DNA of 64,000 bases from an uncultured Gammaproteobacteria bacterium (GTDB lineage: Bacteria > Pseudomonadota > Gammaproteobacteria > Xanthomonadales > Xanthomonadaceae): NCBI GenBank assembly GCA_963714905.1, contig CAVQPZ010000001.1, positions 30,708 through 94,707 on the forward strand. The letters run 5' to 3'. Shown piece by piece: positions 11,321 through 22,741 of the stretch. Positions within the stretch are counted from its first letter, which is position 1. The number at the start of each line of letters is the position of its first letter. A program made the translations under genes and the position numbers. The notes beneath the pieces are model-generated. The model saw only the letters and a program-made list of their open reading frames with translations, was not told where the DNA came from and did not search any database.

Positions 11321-12532
11321 TTACAGCAATTTTCCGAGAATCCGTGCACCGGAAATCCAGACCCCGATCGAACTGCCGATATTGGTGAGGATGAACACCA
11401 GCACTACCCGGCACACGCGATTGCGATACCAGCCACCGAGCGTCTGGGCGTCGTCGCGCAGCGCCAGGAAATCCGGATAGGCCGGCTTGCGCAGGTGGAC
11501 TTCGACCAATGCGCTGAACATGCCCGGCGGCAGGCCTGGACGAAACGGCTTCAACGGAGCAGAAATTGCGGCCGCCAGAATGCTGAGGATGTGGCCGCGA
11601 CCGAGCAGGGCGCCAAGCGCGGCCAGGCCGCCCGTCCATGCCACCCATTGCAGCAACAATTCGCGGCCCAACTCCCGACCACCTTGCGCATAGCCCCAGG
11701 TGATCCCTGCGGCGATCAGCAGCATCAGGACAATCGTGATCCAGGGAATCTTGCGCTTGATGGTCACCTGCACAAGTTCGCTGGCGATGTCATCCGGCGC
11801 GCGGGTTTCGTCGGCCAGGTAGCGCGCCATGCCCTTCAGGTGCCCCGCGCCAACCACCGCCAGCACATGCTGGGCGCCATCCATGCGCTCACGCAGGCGT
11901 GCGGCCATGTACTGGTCACGCTCATCGATCAGGGTGGCGTAGAGCGACGGCGTTTCGCGTGCGAATTCGCCGAAGCTCGACTCCAGCATGTCGCCTTCCT
12001 TGAGGCGTTCGATGTCGCTTTCGTCGATCTCGTCGCTGGCAAACAGCCCACTGCCGAGTCCGCCGATCAGTTTCATCCGGTCCCACCAACCCAGTTTTTG
12101 CAGGATCCGGCGGAAGGTGATGCCGACATCGCGGTCGATCAGTTGCAGGGGCAGGTCGCGTGCGCGTGCTTCGAGCGCGGCAGTCTTGAGTTCGGCGCCT
12201 GGCTCGATGTCGAGTTGCTCGGCCAGCCGGCGCTGGTAGGCGGCCAGCGCGAGGTTGGCGGCGAAGGGCGCGACCTTGCGTTCGCGGATCACCTTGACCA
12301 GGTCAAGCCGGGCCAACGCGTCGGGATCGGTCAGCGCCTTGAGTCGCTGTTCATCCAGTTCCACTGCGATGGCATCGAACCTGCCGCTGGCAATGGCCGA
12401 ACGCACCGCCTCAATGCTGGACTTGGAGATGTGCGCAGTGCCCAGCAGGGTGTAGTGCACCCCATCGCGCTCGACTTCGACATGCGGCTGATCGGTCCAG
12501 TCGGCGGCGTCTGCCGCGGGCGGGTCAATCAC
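11321..12532 (-). CDS. TraB/GumN family protein
   Basis: LLGTAHIS, AVELD, PGAE, LIDRD, LIDERDQYM, VVGAGH motifs and C-terminal TM helices; likely GTG start overlapping the aguB stop. Confidence 0.85.
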   Translation of the reverse strand: MIDPPAADAADWTDQPHVEVERDGVHYTLLGTAHISKSSIEAVRSAIASGRFDAIAVELDEQRLKALTDPDALARLDLVKVIRERKVAPFAANLALAAYQRRLAEQLDIEPGAELKTAALEARARDLPLQLIDRDVGITFRRILQKLGWWDRMKLIGGLGSGLFASDEIDESDIERLKEGDMLESSFGEFARETPSLYATLIDERDQYMAARLRERMDGAQHVLAVVGAGHLKGMARYLADETRAPDDIASELVQVTIKRKIPWITIVLMLLIAAGITWGYAQGGRELGRELLLQWVAWTGGLAALGALLGRGHILSILAAAISAPLKPFRPGLPPGMFSALVEVHLRKPAYPDFLALRDDAQTLGGWYRNRVCRVVLVFILTNIGSSIGVWISGARILGKLL

Positions 12533-13427
12533 GGTAGCGCTTCGATAAATCGTCATAAGCGTCGATGCGACGATCGCGCAGGAACGGCCAGATCCGGCGC
12601 ACGTGTTCGCTGCGTTGCATGTCGACCTCGGCCATCAGGATGGTCGGCTCGCTGCCAGCCTCGGCGATGAATTCGCCTTGTGGCCCGAGCACGTGCGAGT
12701 TGCCCCAGAAGTCGATGCCGGATGCACCCAGCGGTGAGGCTTCGTGGCCAACGCGATTGCAGCTGAGCACCGGCAGGCCATTGGCGACGGCATGACCCCG
12801 GTGGCTGAGGATCCACGCGTCGCGCTGGCGGATTTTCTCGGCGGGCTCATCACTCGGATCCCAACCGATTGCGGTCGGATACAGCAGCAGCTCGGCGCCG
12901 GCCAACGCCATCAGGCGCGCGGCTTCCGGGTACCACTGGTCCCAACACACCAGCACGCCGAGGCGACCCACCGAGGTGTCAATGGGATTGAAGCCAAGGT
13001 CGCCCGGGGTGAAATAGAACTTCTCGTGGAAGCCCGGATCATCCGGAATGTGCATCTTGCGGTACTTGCCGGCGGTACTGCCGTCAGCCTCGAACACCAC
13101 GGCGGTGTTGTGGTACAGGCCAGCGGCACGCCTCTCGAACAGCGAGCTGACCAGTACCACACCATGCTGTTTCGCAAGCCTGCCCAGGCGTTCGGTGGAC
13201 GGGCCGGGGATGGGTTCTGCCAGGTCGAACTCATCCACGCATTCGTGCTGGCAGAAATACGCACCGTTGTGCAGCTCCTGCAGCAGCACGAGTTTCGCGC
13301 CGTTGCCTGCCGCTTCGGCCACGCGGCTTTCGATGACGGCAAGGTTGGCCTCGGCATTGCCGATGCCTTGATCGACGATGGCGCGCTGCTGGATCAGCGC
13401 GACGGGAAGTTTGTCGCAAGTCGCCAT
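12525..13427 (-). CDS. aguB: Carbon-nitrogen hydrolase, N-carbamoylputrescine amidase-like
   Basis: LQELH, YRKMHIPDDPGF, VCWDQWYPE (E-K-C triad); translationally coupled to agmatine deiminase. Confidence 0.85.
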   Translation of the reverse strand: MATCDKLPVALIQQRAIVDQGIGNAEANLAVIESRVAEAAGNGAKLVLLQELHNGAYFCQHECVDEFDLAEPIPGPSTERLGRLAKQHGVVLVSSLFERRAAGLYHNTAVVFEADGSTAGKYRKMHIPDDPGFHEKFYFTPGDLGFNPIDTSVGRLGVLVCWDQWYPEAARLMALAGAELLLYPTAIGWDPSDEPAEKIRQRDAWILSHRGHAVANGLPVLSCNRVGHEASPLGASGIDFWGNSHVLGPQGEFIAEAGSEPTILMAEVDMQRSEHVRRIWPFLRDRRIDAYDDLSKRYRD

Positions 13428-14500
13428 CAAACCAGTCCTTCGGGTAGCTGCATGGTGATGCAGTGCAGGCTGCCGTTTTGCCAGATCAGTGGCCGGCACG
13501 GCACCGGCACGATCTGGCGATCCGGAAAGGCGCTGGCCAGCACAGCGGCAGCTTCGGTGTCGGCAGGATCGCCATAGGCCGGCATCAATACCGCGCCATT
13601 GATGATCAGGAAATTTGCATAGCTGGCTGCAAGGCGACGCGTCCCGCCTTGCTCATCGATGTCGATGATGGGTTTCGCCCAGGGCAGCGGGAACAGCCGA
13701 TAGGGCTGGTCGTCACGGGTGCGTAGCGCCGCGATTTCACCGGCCATCACCTGCAACCCCGCATGGTGCGAATCACCTGGATCATCGCAGGCCTGGAACA
13801 CGATCGCATCGACCGCAGCGAAGCGGGCGAGGGTGTCGATGTGGGCGTCGGTATCGTCGCCTTCCAGTGCGCCGTGGTCGAGCCAGAGCACACGATCCTG
13901 ATGCAGCCAGCTGGCGAGTTGCGTGGTCAGCTGCTCGCGGCTGGCATCGGGATGGCGCTCGTGCAGGCATCGCCAGGTCGTGAGCAGGGTGCCTTCGCCA
14001 TCGGTTTCGATGGCGCCACCTTCCAAAGCAAAATCAATAACATGGCGATTATTGTTGAGAAACAGCTTCTGATCATCGAGACGCTCGATCAGGCGATCAT
14101 CGTTGCATGCAGCGTACTTCCCGCCCCAGCCGGTGAAGCGGAAATCGAGCAGCGTGAAATCATCGCCATCGCCATCGCCATCGCGCAATCCGCTTTCAAT
14201 CAACGTGACCGGCCCGCTGTCGCGCAACCATGTGTCGTCATAGGCCACGGTGACAAAGCGAACGCGCTCCATGTCGATCCGGTTCGAGCGCAGGCGTGCA
14301 TCGGCGTAGGCCTCCACGTCGTCATCGGCCACGCAGACCACGACGGGCTGGAAGCGGGTGATGGCCGCGACCAGCGCGATATAGGTGTCTTCGACCTCGG
14401 CAAGGCGCCTGGCCCAGTCGGTATCGGCGTTCGGCCAGGCAATCAGGATCGCCGCCTGGGGTTCCCACTCGGCGGGGAAACGCGCGGATGAATCAGTCAT
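13427..14500 (-). CDS. aguA: Agmatine deiminase family protein
   Basis: FPAEWEP, DTWLRDSGP, LEGGAIETDG, DTDAHID, GSLHCITMQ. Confidence 0.88.
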   Translation of the reverse strand: MTDSSARFPAEWEPQAAILIAWPNADTDWARRLAEVEDTYIALVAAITRFQPVVVCVADDDVEAYADARLRSNRIDMERVRFVTVAYDDTWLRDSGPVTLIESGLRDGDGDGDDFTLLDFRFTGWGGKYAACNDDRLIERLDDQKLFLNNNRHVIDFALEGGAIETDGEGTLLTTWRCLHERHPDASREQLTTQLASWLHQDRVLWLDHGALEGDDTDAHIDTLARFAAVDAIVFQACDDPGDSHHAGLQVMAGEIAALRTRDDQPYRLFPLPWAKPIIDIDEQGGTRRLAASYANFLIINGAVLMPAYGDPADTEAAAVLASAFPDRQIVPVPCRPLIWQNGSLHCITMQLPEGLV

Positions 14501-14519
14501 TGGGCTCAGGAGTCAGAGA

Positions 14520-14885
14520 TCAGGTTGTGGGAGGCTTCGGGCCGATCTCGTTCTGGTCGGCCTTGTTCATCACCACGTCGATGACCTTGGTGCGCTCGAA
14601 ATACACGGTGAAGTCCGGGTAGGTCCAGCGGTTGATCGCGGGCCAGTCGCGTTTTTGCCCACCGCGCGGATCCAGGCGCTCGCCGGGTATGCCGAAGCGC
14701 GCTTCAACCTGCGCCATGCTCATCCCGCGGCTGGGCAAGTTGGCCGGTTCTCCCTGCACGCGTTCGATCAGCAGGGTGTCGCCAACGATTTGCCGGTCCT
14801 GGGCAGAGGCAGTGCCGCTGAGGCCAGGCAGGGTGACGGCCAGAAGTGCAAGAGAGATGGAGATGCTGCGGGACAAACAGGTCAT
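14520..14885 (-). CDS. Secreted small protein, SmpA/OmlA-like segment
   Basis: Signal peptide; RGMSMAQVEARFGIP...RWTYPDFTVYFE. Confidence 0.6.
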   Translation of the reverse strand: MTCLSRSISISLALLAVTLPGLSGTASAQDRQIVGDTLLIERVQGEPANLPSRGMSMAQVEARFGIPGERLDPRGGQKRDWPAINRWTYPDFTVYFERTKVIDVVMNKADQNEIGPKPPTT

Positions 14886-14995
14886 GGCGAGACTCCCAAG
14901 GCATGTGCACACGAGGCTGGTGAACACGTGATCAGGATTCTAAGCCGAATACGTGAACGGGCCGCGAGAGGGGGATTGCATGAATCCAGAAACAA

Positions 14996-15020
14996 CGAAG
15001 GCCGCACATGGCGGCCTTCG
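14996..15020 (-). terminator. rpmJ terminator
   Basis: CGAAGGCCGC-ACATG-GCGGCCTTCG followed by TTGTTT on the minus strand. Confidence 0.7.
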
Positions 15021-15042
15021 CATGTACAACCTGCACCAGGAC

Positions 15043-15168
15043 TCAGCGCTGGCGCGCCTTGAAACGCGGGTTGGACTTGCAGATCACGAAGACCTTGCCA
15101 CGACGGCGAACCACCTTGCAGTCGCGGTGACGGGTCTTCGCCGACTTCAGGGAGGACAGAACCTTCAT
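15043..15168 (-). CDS. rpmJ: 50S ribosomal protein L36, type B (no Zn ribbon)
   Basis: [41 protein letters not shown], 41 aa. Confidence 0.95.
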
Positions 15169-15358
15169 GACAGAACCTCGGCAAAATTGAGAAGTGGGTG
15201 GAAGCAGACGCAAGCGATACGCGTTGCGGACGCGAAGCCGCGCATTGTAACGGGTTATGTCCCACTGAATCAACAGCTTGTGGCCGGGGAGCCCAGCTTG
15301 AAGCGTGTCTGGATATCCGCACTGCCTGTGAAGCCGTCAAGTTCGCCATAATCGACTG

Positions 15359-16054
15359 ATGCAGACTCAAGCAAACCAGTCCTCGATACCCGTGCTCACC
15401 ATCGATGGCCCTTCGGGCTCAGGCAAGGGCACCATCAGTCGCATCGTCGCCCAGCGGCTTGGCTGGCATTACCTGGATTCCGGCGCGTTTTACCGTGCGG
15501 TGGGGATCGCTGCAAGCTGGGCGGACCTTGACTTGTCCGACGCCTCCGCGCTGGTGCGCTGTACGTTCGATACCGAGATCGGCTTCCGTGACACGCCGGG
15601 GGGTGAGCCGCGGGTGATCGTCAACGGGCAGGACGCCACCGATGAGCTGCGCACGGAAACGGCTGGCGGGGCAGCTTCCGCGATTGCCGCCATTCCCGAA
15701 GTGCGGGCGGCGCTCAAGGATCGCCAGCGTGCGTTTCGCCGGCCACCAGGCCTGGTGGCCGACGGCCGCGACATGGGCACCGTGATCTTCCCGGATGCCG
15801 GGCACAAGGTATTCCTCACCGCCAGTGCCGACGAACGCGCCGAAAGACGCCATAAGCAGTTGAAGGACAAAGGGGTTTCCGTTACATTGGATGGTCTGCT
15901 ACGCGAGATTCTCGCGCGTGACGCCCGCGATGCCAGTCGTGCGGTGGCGCCCTTGCGGCCGGCCGATGACGCCGTCCGCATCGATACCACCGGCCTTGGC
16001 ATCGAGGTCGTGGTCGCGCAGGTGCTGGACGTGATGTCCCGCCCTGTCGACTGA
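15359..16054 (+). CDS. cmk: Cytidylate kinase
   Basis: [33 protein letters not shown]. Confidence 0.97.
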   Translation: MQTQANQSSIPVLTIDGPSGSGKGTISRIVAQRLGWHYLDSGAFYRAVGIAASWADLDLSDASALVRCTFDTEIGFRDTPGGEPRVIVNGQDATDELRTETAGGAASAIAAIPEVRAALKDRQRAFRRPPGLVADGRDMGTVIFPDAGHKVFLTASADERAERRHKQLKDKGVSVTLDGLLREILARDARDASRAVAPLRPADDAVRIDTTGLGIEVVVAQVLDVMSRPVD

Positions 16055-16278
16055 GTCGCACGGACCAACCGTCGCAGAACTGTTCCGCGGTCGCCGTTTC
16101 TGGCATTGGCATGTCAGGCGCAGGCTGCCGCGGTTTTCCTTCAACCATCACACATGGCCACGCACTGCACGCGCTTCTCCGGGCGCAGCGCTATGCCACA
16201 CCCAAGGTGGGCCGATGTACGCAGCATGGTGCTGCGACGCGACCCGTGTATCCACTGAGATGTCCAATGAATTCCGTA

Positions 16279-17967
<1,689 letters not shown>

Positions 17968-17987
17968 TCCACGAGGCCTAGCGCAAC

Positions 17988-18017
17988 GCGGTGGCCCGGC
18001 TTCGGTCGGGCCGCCGC
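17988..18017 (+). terminator. Stable cUUCGg hairpin between rpsA and ihfB
   Basis: GCGGTGGCCCGGC-TTCG-GTCGGGCCGCCGC, 13-bp stem with two GU pairs, weak U-tail. Confidence 0.6.
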
Positions 18018-18041
18018 CTTGTCATGGCCGCGAACGTCTCC

Positions 18042-18344
18042 ATGACCAAGTCCGAACTCATCGAATTGCTGGCCCGGCGCCAGCCGCACCTGAAGGCCGA
18101 TGACGTCGACCTGTCGGTGAAGGCGTTGCTGCAGATGATGGGCACCGCGCTGGCCGAAGGCGACCGCATCGAAGTCCGCGGGTTTGGCAGTTTTTCCCTG
18201 CACTACCGGCCGCCGCGCACGGGCCGCAACCCGAAGACGGGCGACGCCGTGGCACTGCCGGGCAAGCATGTCCCGCATTTCAAGCCAGGCAAGGAGCTCC
18301 GCGAGCGGGTCACCGACGTCGTGCCGTTGCCGTCCGACGACTGA
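18042..18344 (+). CDS. ihfB: Integration host factor beta
   Basis: [43 protein letters not shown]. Confidence 0.97.
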   Translation: MTKSELIELLARRQPHLKADDVDLSVKALLQMMGTALAEGDRIEVRGFGSFSLHYRPPRTGRNPKTGDAVALPGKHVPHFKPGKELRERVTDVVPLPSDD

Positions 18345-18389
18345 GACGCGCCAGTCCGTTAAGCTTGCAGGCGAACTTCGGAGTTGCCG

Positions 18390-18647
18390 ATGCGCCTGAT
18401 CCGTCTCATTGCCGCCATCGCCTGCATCCTGCTGGGTGCCGTGGTGGGCGCGCTGAATACTCAACCCGTCGTACTTGACCTGGGAATGGCGACGATCCGT
18501 GCCAGCCTCGGGCTGAGCATGCTGGTTGCATTGTTGCTGGGCGTGTTGGTGGGCGGCGGCATCCTGTCCCTTGCCGTCGTCGCGCCTCTGCGGCGGCGAC
18601 TGCGCCGCGCTGAAAACGCCATGCGTGCGTCGCACGGCGAGGGCTGA
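18390..18647 (+). CDS. lapA: LPS assembly protein LapA family
   Basis: Two TM helices and basic tail, between ihfB and lapB. Confidence 0.75.
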   Translation: MRLIRLIAAIACILLGAVVGALNTQPVVLDLGMATIRASLGLSMLVALLLGVLVGGGILSLAVVAPLRRRLRRAENAMRASHGEG

Positions 18648-18648
18648 C

Positions 18649-19827
18649 ATGGAATTCCTCGATGAATGGCTGTGGTACCTGATCCTTGTTCCGCTTGCTG
18701 CGCTGGCAGGCTGGATCATCGGTCGGCGTGGTGGCGAACGCCATGGCGACCATCAGGTCAGCAAGCTTTCCACCACCTATTTCCGCGGCTTGAACTACCT
18801 GCTCAACGAGCAGCCGGACAAGGCGATCGAGCTGTTCCTGCACATCGCCGAGCTGGACAAGGACACCTTCGAAACCCAGGTTGCACTGGGCCACCTGTTC
18901 CGGCGTCGTGGCGAGGTCGACCGCGCGATCCGCCTGCACCAGGCGCTGGTGCAGCGCGCTGACCTCAGTGACGCGCAGAAAGTGCAGGCATTGCTTGCGC
19001 TGGGCGAAGACTACATGCGCTCGGGCCTGCTCGATCGCGCGGAAACCGTCTTCACCGATCTCGCCCAGATCGACCAGCGCGCCCCGCAGGCGCTGCGTCA
19101 CTTGATCAGCATCTACCAGGCCGAGCGCGATTGGGAAAAAGCGATCGAGAACGCCAGCCGTTTCGAAGCCGCCTCGGGCGAGGCGATGGGCAAGCTGATC
19201 GCGCAGTTCGAATGTGAATTGTCGGATCGGCAGCGCTCGGCGGGCGACCTGGATGCGGCGCGCGCCGCGATCGGCCGGGCCTATGCAGCGGATTCCACTT
19301 CCGTGCGTGCCGGGATCAGCGAAGGCCGGATCGAGACTGATGCCGGCAATCACAGCGCGGCGATCCGCGCGTTCGAGCGCGCGGCGCGCCACGATCCGGA
19401 TTTCCTGCCGGTGATCCTGCCGGCACTGCTGGCCAATTACGACGCGGTCGGCGAGCGTAGCGGTGCACGCGCGTTCCTGGGTGAAATGTGCGAGCACTAC
19501 CGCGGGATCTCCCCGGTCCTCGCGCTGGCGCGCATGGTGGAGGCGGAAGAAGGTGTCGGCATGGCGCGCCAATATCTGGCCCAGCAGCTGAAGGACCGGC
19601 CGTCGGTGCGTGGCGAAGCTGCCCTGATCGACTTGAGCCTGGCCGACGATGTGGACGCCAACGTCACCCTGCATGATCTCAAGCACATCACCGACCAGTT
19701 GCTGGTGCGCAATCCGAGCTATCGCTGCAACCGCTGCGGCTTTGGCGCGCGCAGCCATCACTGGCAGTGCCCCAGTTGCAAGGAATGGGGCACCGTGAAA
19801 CCACTGTTGAATTATGCGGTGGTCTGA
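18649..19827 (+). CDS. lapB: LPS assembly protein LapB
   Basis: YFRGLNYLLNEQPDKAI, TPRs, YRCNRCGF...WQCPSCKEW rubredoxin domain. Confidence 0.95.
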   Translation: MEFLDEWLWYLILVPLAALAGWIIGRRGGERHGDHQVSKLSTTYFRGLNYLLNEQPDKAIELFLHIAELDKDTFETQVALGHLFRRRGEVDRAIRLHQALVQRADLSDAQKVQALLALGEDYMRSGLLDRAETVFTDLAQIDQRAPQALRHLISIYQAERDWEKAIENASRFEAASGEAMGKLIAQFECELSDRQRSAGDLDAARAAIGRAYAADSTSVRAGISEGRIETDAGNHSAAIRAFERAARHDPDFLPVILPALLANYDAVGERSGARAFLGEMCEHYRGISPVLALARMVEAEEGVGMARQYLAQQLKDRPSVRGEAALIDLSLADDVDANVTLHDLKHITDQLLVRNPSYRCNRCGFGARSHHWQCPSCKEWGTVKPLLNYAVV

Positions 19828-20818
19828 TCCCGCTGCATTGCTTGCGACCGGATTGGCGATCGCAGTGGTTTCAGCCCTTGGGGCAACATGGGCATTGGGA
19901 CATGCGCGCCGGCATGGCTTGATGGACGCACCGGGCGAACGCCGCAGCCATCAGGTGGAAACCCCGCGTGGTGGCGGCATCGGCATCGTCATTGCGTGCC
20001 TGGGTTGCCTGGTCACGATGGGCTGGCACGATACTGGTGATGCAACGTGGTGGCTGATTGCTGCAGGTCTGGTCCTGGTCGCGGGCATCGGCTGGCTTGA
20101 TGACCACCGCCCGTTGCCTGCGTGGCCTCGGCTGGGTGTGCATGCACTGGGGGCGTTCCTGCTCGCAGTCGCCCTGTATCTGGATGGCGCTGGAATGGCA
20201 TCGTGCGGTGCCAGCTTCGTGCTCGCCCTGGTGCTGGTCAATGCCTGGAATTTCATGGATGGCATCAACGGGCTGGCCACCAGCCAGGCCCTGCTGTGCG
20301 GCCTTGCTTTCGCGCTGCTGCCCGGATTCACAGTGCCCATCCTCGGCATTGCCGTTGCCGGCGCGTGCCTGGGATTCCTGCCCTTCAATTTTCCACGTGC
20401 ACGGATCTTTCTGGGTGATGTGGGGAGTGGTGCGTTGGGTTACCTGGTCGCGGTCCTGATCGCGGTCGGGTGCGTTTCCAGCCCAGCGCTCGCGTGGCCG
20501 CTGTTGCTGCTGGCACCCTTGGCAATGCTGGTGGACAGTGGCTTGACGCTGGCGTGGCGGATGCATCGTGGCGAGCGCTGGTGGCAAGCGCATGTGGAGC
20601 ATGCATTCCAGCGATGGAGCCGGCGCAAGGGGCATGTCAGGGTGACACTGGCATACGGACTCTGGACGATGCTGCTGATTGGGGTCATGCTTTCCATGTG
20701 GGGCAGGCCAGGCATCGCGGGATTGGTGGCGTTGCTGGCTTGCGTGACGGTGGCCACGCTTGGATGGTGGTGGCTGCATCGGCGGTACGCCAGGCAAACC
20801 GAAGGATTCGGGTCATGA
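19814..20818 (+). CDS. Glycosyltransferase family 4 (MraY/WecA/WbpL-like)
   Basis: RRSHQVETPRGGG, GWLDD, NFMDGINGL, IFLGDVGS. Confidence 0.9.
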   Translation: MRWSDPAALLATGLAIAVVSALGATWALGHARRHGLMDAPGERRSHQVETPRGGGIGIVIACLGCLVTMGWHDTGDATWWLIAAGLVLVAGIGWLDDHRPLPAWPRLGVHALGAFLLAVALYLDGAGMASCGASFVLALVLVNAWNFMDGINGLATSQALLCGLAFALLPGFTVPILGIAVAGACLGFLPFNFPRARIFLGDVGSGALGYLVAVLIAVGCVSSPALAWPLLLLAPLAMLVDSGLTLAWRMHRGERWWQAHVEHAFQRWSRRKGHVRVTLAYGLWTMLLIGVMLSMWGRPGIAGLVALLACVTVATLGWWWLHRRYARQTEGFGS

Positions 20819-22731
20819 GCACATGGAAGGAGCGCTTCAAGTACGGCCTGCCGCGTCTGGCGGTGATCCTGCACGACCTGGTCATGGTCTGGGTGTGCTG
20901 GCAGGGATTGCACTACATCCGCTTTGCGTTGCAGCCGCAGCCGCTGCCACTGGAACCGTTCTCGAGCACCGTATTGATCGTGCTGGTGGCGCAGGGCCTG
21001 GTGTCCTGGCGGGTTGGCCTGTACCGGGGGCTATGGCGCTTCGCCAGCGTTCCGGACTTGCTCAACATTTTCAAGGCCAGCCTGCTCGGGCTGCTGGCGG
21101 TTGTCGTGGGGCTTTTCTTCTATAGCCGGCTCGACCTGGTCTCGCGCGCAGCATTGTTGCTGTATCCGTTCGTGCTGACGTTGCTGCTTGGCGCACCGCG
21201 CCTGATCTTCCGCGCGTGGAAAGACCAGCGATTGTTGCGCCTGGACGACTCCGCGGAGCGCGTCCTGATCCTGGGCGCTGGCCAAGCCGGTGAAGCCCTG
21301 GTGCGCGACCTGCGCCGCACCGGACGTTATCAACCTGTGGGCTTCCTTGACGACGCGGTCGCATTGCGCGGCACCCGCCTGCAGGGATTGCCGGTATTGG
21401 GCCGGATCGACGATGTCAGCCGCATCGCCCGGGAAACGGCCGTGCAATTGCTGGTGATCGCGATGCCGTCGCTGGATGCCAGCGCGGTACGACGCGTGGT
21501 CGGCATCTGCGAGGACAGTGGCGTGCCATTCCGCACCGTGCCGCGATTGGCCGACGTGCTGGACGGCCGCTCGATGCCTTGGCAACTCAAGGAAGTCGCG
21601 ATCGAGGACCTGCTGGGCCGACAGCCTTTGAGCCCGGACTGGAAAGCCATCCGCAGCTGGCTGGGCGGGCGTTCGGTGCTGGTCACCGGCGCGGGTGGTT
21701 CGATCGGTTCGGAACTTTGCCGCCAGTGTGCAAGGCATGGCGCGCGCCGGATTTGCCTGCTCGAAATCGATGAGCTGGCGTTGCTGACGGTTGAAGCCAG
21801 CTTGCGGCGCGACTTCCCCGATATCGAGTACGTGTCGGTGCTTGGTGATTGCGGCGATCACGCAGTCATGCGGCATGCGCTGGGCCTGGCCGAACCCGAT
21901 GCGGTGTTCCATGCCGCTGCCTACAAACAGGTACCGCTGTTGCAGCGGCAGTTGCGCGAAGCCGTCCGCAACAACGTGCTGGCCACGGATGTGGTGGCAC
22001 GCGCAAGCCGCGATGCCGGCGTCGGGACCTTCGTCCTGATTTCGACCGACAAGGCGGTCGATCCGGTGAACGTACTGGGCGCCACCAAGCGGCTGGCGGA
22101 GATGCTCTGCCAGGCACAGGTCGACCACCGTTCGACCCGGTTCGTCACCGTCCGCTTCGGCAACGTGCTGGATTCGGCCGGGAGCGTGGTGCCGCTGTTC
22201 CGCGAACAGATCAGCCGGGGCGGGCCTGTGACCGTCACCGATCCAGAGGTGACCCGCTACTTCATGACCATTCCCGAAGCCTGCCAGCTGATCCTGCAGG
22301 CTTCTGCGATCGGTGCCCAGCAGGCGGTGTATACCCTCGACATGGGCGAGCCGGTCTCGATCCGGATGCTGGCCGAACAGATGATCCGGCTGGCGGGCAA
22401 GCAGCCCGGGCGCGACGTCGCGATCGAATACATCGGGCTGCGGGTGGGCGAGAAACTGCACGAAACCCTGTTCCACGTCGACGAACGCTACAGCGCAACC
22501 AGTCATCCGAAGATCCTGCAGGCGATGCCACGCGGCGTGACGACCGAGCGCATCGAGCTTGCAGTGAAGGCCCTGCGCGAGGCCTCCGATGCCTATGATC
22601 TCGAATGCCTCGCGGCAGCCCTGCGCGATGCGGTTCCCGAATTCAATCCCGCCAGCGATGACGAGCCGGTTCGCGACACGACCGTGGTGGCATTCCCGGC
22701 CCGGCACAGCCGGCTGAACTCAGGCATCTGA
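20815..22731 (+). CDS. Nucleoside-diphosphate sugar epimerase/dehydratase (WbpM/CapD-like)
   Basis: N-terminal TMs, GAGQAG, VTGAGGSIGSELCRQ, STDKAV, VRFGNVLDSAGSVVP. Confidence 0.92.
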   Translation: MSTWKERFKYGLPRLAVILHDLVMVWVCWQGLHYIRFALQPQPLPLEPFSSTVLIVLVAQGLVSWRVGLYRGLWRFASVPDLLNIFKASLLGLLAVVVGLFFYSRLDLVSRAALLLYPFVLTLLLGAPRLIFRAWKDQRLLRLDDSAERVLILGAGQAGEALVRDLRRTGRYQPVGFLDDAVALRGTRLQGLPVLGRIDDVSRIARETAVQLLVIAMPSLDASAVRRVVGICEDSGVPFRTVPRLADVLDGRSMPWQLKEVAIEDLLGRQPLSPDWKAIRSWLGGRSVLVTGAGGSIGSELCRQCARHGARRICLLEIDELALLTVEASLRRDFPDIEYVSVLGDCGDHAVMRHALGLAEPDAVFHAAAYKQVPLLQRQLREAVRNNVLATDVVARASRDAGVGTFVLISTDKAVDPVNVLGATKRLAEMLCQAQVDHRSTRFVTVRFGNVLDSAGSVVPLFREQISRGGPVTVTDPEVTRYFMTIPEACQLILQASAIGAQQAVYTLDMGEPVSIRMLAEQMIRLAGKQPGRDVAIEYIGLRVGEKLHETLFHVDERYSATSHPKILQAMPRGVTTERIELAVKALREASDAYDLECLAAALRDAVPEFNPASDDEPVRDTTVVAFPARHSRLNSGI

Positions 22732-22741
22732 TCGAGTCCTC

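Noticed and set aside
11321-12532. TraB name suggesting conjugation
   Set aside because: TraB/GumN is a chromosomal family and no transfer genes are present.
15043-15168. Zn-free L36 as a zinc-starvation paralogue
   Set aside because: No adjacent L31B gene and no Zur box seen; likely the housekeeping copy.
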